64,000 bases of DNA from Tegillarca granosa. Its lineage: Eukaryota. Position 1 is the stretch's first letter. Every line of letters begins with the position of its first letter. The stretch lies in NCBI GenBank assembly GCA_029721355.1, contig CM056607.1, positions 8,339,309 through 8,403,308 of the forward strand, given 5' to 3'. The translations under genes were made by a program, and so were the position numbers. The notes below the pieces were generated by a model. The model ran no database searches. It saw nothing but the letters and a program-made list of their open reading frames with translations, and had not been told where the DNA came from. Positions 58,583-64,000 of the stretch are shown here, one piece after another.

Positions 58583-60029
58583 TACAGTGCAATCTTTATA
58601 TTATAAAACCAACTTTAAATAGCATATTATTAACTTTCACATACTTTTGAGAGATTTCATTTATGAAAGCATTTGATCATAGAATTTATTATTGCATATA
58701 TCTTTATATATCTATATATATATATATATTTATTCTGTTTTTGAAGATATATATATATATATTGTTTTTGCAGATTTGCTTGTGAAAGTTTTGTAGTCGA
58801 GATGTATTTTTATTAAGATACCTCAAGAGGCAATAGCTACTATGAAAGTTGGTTTATTTATACATGTATATGTAAATTAACAAATCCAAAGTAAACCAGA
58901 AGATTCCCATAATTGAACAATTTTTGGAAAACATGCCATTAAAATTATTAAATTTATAAATTATGTAAACTAAAAACTTGCCTAATCAGTCCAGCAAATG
59001 TTATGCTTTACATGTAATTAGGTACATTGTACTTTATACATTTATTTGTTTTATGAATGAGATTATTGTCACTAAAAACGAAATTAAATGTAAATATAAT
59101 GCAGTAGTGATTTATTTTGTGTATGTTGTTGCATTAAGGCTGTGATGATTGTTGAAGAGTATACATGTAAGGGACTATATTTGGCCTAAATTTCAAACGA
59201 AATGCATTTTGATACAGTTATTACAAAAACCATATATGACATAGACTTGACATGAACACAAATTTCTCTTGTAAATACATGATATCGTTGATGTTTTAGT
59301 ACTGATTTTAAGAGATTTTCCAGGAAAATTTGGAAGCGAGTCTTTTGCAAGCTTCTTGTCATTGAGCTTTTCTCGTACAATCCAAGGAAAAACTTTTTCC
59401 TTTCAAATGTAGAATTCGATCCCAATGGGCTGGGTGTGATGTTGAATCTTCCAGTGTTGATCAGACAATAGCTTGCTATATTAAGCATGCATTCAATATT
59501 TCAAGAAATATTTATCATAAAATTTCTTTCAATTGGCCATGTACTCTCAGAGAATTACTTCTCTACGGCATTTTGGACAGACACGTCAGAAATAATTTTC
59601 AATCTACAACTAAGGACTTTCCATATCAAATTTAATTTGATTCTGGCAATTAGTTTCAGAGGAGGAGGTTAAAGTTTACAGTTGCACTTACACTTTATTA
59701 TGCCTTAAGCTCACCCTGGTTTTGCTAGGTGAGCTAAAAACTACCTGCTTATATGGCTGTATGGGTATCTATAAACAATGAAATACATTTACCATTTCAT
59801 AAGATATGAAACATGAAATGCACAAGCAAGAATATTTTACTTGTACCCATCAATCTTAAATGGTGAGGGTTGAAAACTGGTCAAGCAGCTTAATAAATTC
59901 ATCAAAACAGCAACCCTTACCAAGATGACAAGAAAGGAGCAATAGAGTTTAATCTACCAGTCACAATCTTTCACTTAAAATCAAGTCAAGTTAGGGGTGG
60001 TGGAGAAAACCTGTGCCCAGAGAGAGAGA

Positions 60030-60195
60030 GAGGATATTATCAACCTTGAGCATCCAAAATGACAATTATCAACCTTGGGCATCCAAACTGACAAACTTTC
60101 TCACAAAGGAATTGTTCCAAGTTTGATTCAAACCTAACAATGAGGCACTGTGTTTTGTAAGCATGGGATGCACCACTCTAACAGAGGTCATTAAA
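60030..60195 (-). mobile_element. tRNA-derived SINE family A partial copy A5 (PARP4-Piwi intergenic/3'UTR region)
   Basis: ..catccaaactgacaaactttctcacaaaggaattgttccaagtttgattcaaacctaacaatgaggcactgtgttttgtaagcatgggatgcaccactctaacagagg. Confidence 0.45.
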
Positions 60196-61572
60196 ACATT
60201 CCACGCCTGGTGAATATATATAATATATGATCTTAAAGTTCTATATTTTGTATCAAGAAAGAAAACAAAAAACTTTTTATACCAATATAAAATGCTAGAT
60301 TTATTAACAATATAAAATGACATTATGAAGATGTATTTACATACATACATTTTTTATGACAACTTTCATTAGGCACTTGCAAATTGCATACAATCAATGA
60401 TTTGTGATCGATATGAAACACTTCCAAACTTTCTTGCAAAAGATGAATATTGTTTAAATTAAAAACCAAAAAAAACTTTTATTTAACCTGCATAAACTTC
60501 ATACAAAGTTTCTTTCAACAATGCTAATTAAGAAAAGGTTGAAATTTCAAGAATACTTAACTGTATTTCCTTTTATAACAGAGAAATCTAAACTTTTTAA
60601 CATACCTATTATGAACAAGGTAAGATGAAAACAGTTCAATATTCAATTTTTAACAGGCAAATCCACGATATACCAGTATTTATATTTTTCTTTAAACTAC
60701 CCTTCCACAGACATAAATCTCTTTATAACAAAAACATTTTCAACAAAGAAAGAAAACAATAACAGTGATATTAACCTAATCTACATTACTAGAAACTACA
60801 CTACAATCTTGTTAGTACTACTAAGTGAATAAACAAAGATTATAATTGCTAATGCCTCAACATGAAATAATAAAGAATAAGAGTAACTTTTCTCCAAATC
60901 TTTTAATATCTATTTCTTTGTTTGTTTCTTTCCAACAACCTCTTCAAACAGTGAAATGTCCAAGATTCAATCATTAATCTTGAGAACAGTTTATTGTCAT
61001 TTTATGAAGCAGACTTTTTCATAGTTTATATATATAAAAAGTTTATTTTGTATTGAAATACTGATTATAAAAATATTTTCATAAAAGATTTTTTTTCCAT
61101 AAAGTCTACACTATCTGTGTTTCACAGAAATGAAAACAAAAATGAACACATGTTCAATGAAAATGAAAATAAATGGACTTAACTTTCATCCAATTTTGAT
61201 GAATATCAATGGAATGTGATAACTCAAAATCAAATCTTAAACAATGACCGTTAAAAAAAAAAAGAAATGCTGTTTGATTTTTGATTATGCTATAATGTTT
61301 TGAACTTATTGCACTTTTTCAGAGATTTTTTTTTCTCAAAATTTATTTGTTAGCATAAATTGCCTTAGGAATCTGTAATCTGTTTTGATTTAAGGCTGTA
61401 CGTCCATCATACAACATAACTCTCGGTAACAATACATCTCCAACATTATCAAAATCTTTCGAGAAAAACCTTGAAGCTATAATCTGATTGAAACAGCACC
61501 AATTCCAACACTTTCAGTAACTAACTTCAGCAGTTTGAATTTTTTTTACCCATGAAATTTCTTTATTAATCT

Positions 61573-61734
<162 letters not shown>

Positions 61735-62198
61735 TCAGTGTGTGTGCATGCATGCGCAAGTGTGTCAACCTGACAACATTTGAAAGTAGCTTTAAGATAA
61801 AGATTTGTGTTACAAACACAATTTCTTTTATTTTGACATTTCCAATAAGTTGTTTAAAGTATAAGCCCTTGTACCATTAAAAGAATGATTCTTATTTTGA
61901 ACACCATGTTTTAACAGCTTATTTTATTGCAGGCTTTACTTATCTAATGTAAATACAGCTGTTATGTGATGAATTAAAAATTATAAATTTATATTGGTGG
62001 TAATTCATAAATAAATTCAAACCCATGCCAGGCTGCATGAAACAGACTAAGCAAGATGGGTCCATCTGTAAAATGGGAGATACCAAAACATGCTACAAAT
62101 GAAGAAAAGTAAACAGTTAATAGGGGTAATTTTTCTGCTGCTTCAATATGATGGAAAATGGGATAGGTACAGTTTAAATGTGTTGGACAGTTACTTAC

Positions 62199-62346
62199 CG
62201 GCCAATTGTAATAAAGATGAGTCAGCTTGTAAGTCAATCTCTGCATATGATCTGGTTTTAATCCAGTTGTATCCCACACAACATTGTAGTGAGTTGGTGT
62301 AACTGTACCCTGTCTAACTGATTGAGACACCAAGAAGAAATCATAC
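62199..62346 (-). CDS. Piwi-like gene, penultimate exon (PIWI domain)
   Basis: Minus strand: ttttag|GTATGATTTC.. ..TGGCCG|gtaagt. [49 protein letters not shown] ~ human [51 protein letters not shown]. Confidence 0.85.
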
Positions 62347-62879
62347 CTAAAACATCAAATATAATTAAACAATGAATATTATTCTATTGCTCTGGATTGT
62401 CCATTCTACTTTAGATTAATTAACTTATGATCAACTCCAGGTCACATAAATGACACCCACTAAACACAATGCAACTGAGTAGAGGGATTAATCTAGGTTT
62501 TAGGGAAAACTACAATTTTGTTAATGGTGAAAAATCTGGAGTGGTCACTAACAGTTGATGCAGAGGATAAACAAGTTGTGGATGGGGGTGAAGTTCCCTC
62601 CTAGCACAAAACTAATTTTATCATTTTATTATCTTAAAAAGAAGACATAGAGTACCCTCCAAAACAAGGTGAAAAAGGACATAAGGGAATGCAAATTTTA
62701 TTGATGACTTAAAAAAAATATTACCAAATGAAAACATTAATTTCCAACCTCATCTTCAACTGACAGATCTACTGCGAACTTACAACACAAAACTATCATA
62801 ATCAAAATGTAATGCATGCATGACAGGATGTCTCAAATTTTTTTTATGTCACTTATCTTATTTCCATCATTTCCAGAAA

Positions 62880-63300
62880 AAGGTTAGTTCTCCCAAAACC
62901 TGATTAATCCCTGCAGCCATGGCAAATGAAGCTCCCCAAAACCAAGATATATCCCTGTAGCCATGGCAAATGAAGTTCCTCCAAAATCCAGATTAATCCC
63001 TGCAGCCATGGTAAATGAAGTTCCCCCAAAACAAAGATATATCCCTGTAGCCATGGCAAATGAAGTTCCCCCAAAACAAAGGCCATGGTAAATGAAGTTC
63101 CCCCAAAACCAAGATATATCCCTGTAGCCATGGCAAATGAAGTTCCCCGAAAATCCAGATTTATCCCTGCAGCCATGGTAAATGAAGTTCCCCCAAAACA
63201 AAGATATATCCCTGTAGCCATGGCAAATGAAGTTCCCCAAAAATCCAGGATTAATCCCTGCAGCCATGGCAAATGAGAAAACAATAATTTCCCTGGTGTA
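62880..63300 (+). repeat. ~60-bp tandem repeat x ~7 (CCCTGYAGCCATGGYAAATGAAGTTCCYCMAAAYCMAGRTWTAT) inside the Piwi-like intron
   Basis: Direct reading; ORFs 62884-63417 / 62904-63335 (-) and 63085-63276 (+) are its translations. Confidence 0.85.
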
Positions 63301-63313
63301 TATATAAACATAC

Positions 63314-63439
63314 CACTCTGGTCTGGTAACATCACTATCTATAACTGTTCCTGGAGGTGGATTGGTCAGGGAAGGTCCAGTCCTAGCAAAAAATCTTGTA
63401 TTAATCCTCTTCTTCACAACAACTACTCCAACCTTGGGA
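63314..63439 (-). CDS. Piwi-like gene, antepenultimate exon (PIWI domain)
   Basis: Minus strand: ttttcag|TCCCAAGG.. ..GAGTG|gtatgt. PKVGVVVVKKRINTRFFARTGPSLTNPPPGTVIDSDVTRPEW ~ human [41 protein letters not shown]. The next exon begins with G, completing the W codon. Confidence 0.8.
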
Positions 63440-63470
63440 CTGAAAAAAAAGATAAAGAATCAGATATTAA

Positions 63471-64000
63471 ACAAGAGGCCCATGGGCCTTAACGCTCACC
63501 TGAGGACATGGCCAACCTGAGGATATATCCAAAATCATTTGCAAAAATACATAAAATATTCTAATATACATTCCTACAAAAAAGTTAATAGTTTTCAAGA
63601 TAATTAACAATTTGAGTCTTTTTATGCATCTTTGACCTTGACCTTTAAACGTAAGACCTTGAATCTTATATCAGAATAATCACCATATCAATTCGTACAA
63701 TATTCTAATATACATGCCATACAAAAAGTTAACAGTTTCCAAGATAATAAACAATTTCAGTCTTTTTATGCACCTATGACCTTGACCTTTGAATGTATGA
63801 CCTTGAGCCACATACCAAAATGATTGTCATATCAATACCTACAAAATTCTAATATATATACCTTTGCAAAAAGTTAATAGTTTTCAAGATAATTAACAAT
63901 TTTGAGTCTTCTTATGCATCTATGACCTTGACATTCAAACGTAAAACCTTGAATTTTATATCAGAATGATCACCGAATCAATTCCTACAATAATCTAATA
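63471..64000 (-). mobile_element. Helentron-like element copy T5 (minus orientation; 3' end at 63471, runs off the window) with satellite monomers
   Basis: The + strand reads ACAAGAGGCCCATGGGCCTTAACGCTCACCTGAGG, the reverse complement of the T2/T3 3' end. It is followed by ..atattctaatatacat..gaccttgacctttaaac.. monomers in reverse. Confidence 0.5.

Noticed and set aside
62884-63417. 177-aa minus-strand ORF
   Set aside because: Only its first ~40 codons (KKRINTRFFARTGPSLTNPPPGTVIDSDVTRPEW) are a real Piwi exon. The rest is read-through past the GTATGT donor into a 60-bp intronic tandem repeat.

Overview
This window is eukaryotic nuclear DNA, not prokaryotic: AT-rich, CpG-depleted and intron-dense, with a repeat landscape that resembles a bivalve mollusc such as an oyster. 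The six-frame ORF track is largely misleading because most long ORFs are translations of satellites or single exons. I reconstructed genes by hand from GT-AG splice sites and protein similarity, so coordinates may be off by 1-3 nt.

- **Main gene.** A roughly 54-kb, 35-coding-exon gene on the + strand (4858..58582) encodes a vault poly(ADP-ribose) polymerase (PARP4) ortholog. Its domains are BRCT, PARP catalytic, VIT, VWA and an MVP-binding-like C-terminus. It also carries an unusual ubiquitin-like domain and a 2.4-kb exon with Pol II CTD-like YSPTSPS heptads and an RS domain.
- **Neighbouring genes.** Upstream and head-to-head are the two 5' exons of a WSB1/2-like WD-SOCS gene (- strand), with a CpG-retaining putative bidirectional promoter between the two genes. 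Downstream and tail-to-tail are the last three exons of a Piwi-like gene (- strand).
- **Intron contents.** These include an apparently intact Tc1 (DD34E) transposon with 25-bp TIRs and a TA target-site duplication, five Helentron-like non-autonomous elements carrying internal satellites, a TIR-MITE, at least 10 tRNA-derived SINE copies and many micro/minisatellites.
- **Most unusual.**
  - Splice-junction repeats: a 59-bp x ~67 minisatellite is derived from the exon-7/intron-7 junction, so ~67 intact 5' splice sites follow the authentic one. The same gene has three further duplications of exon-3'-end/donor junctions and a 26-bp x 18 array of perfect CAGGTAAG.
  - Split ubiquitin-like domain: it is divided by an 11.5-kb intron holding a 93-bp x 36 satellite and an HSP70 substrate-binding-domain/EEVD gene fragment with no nucleotide-binding domain.
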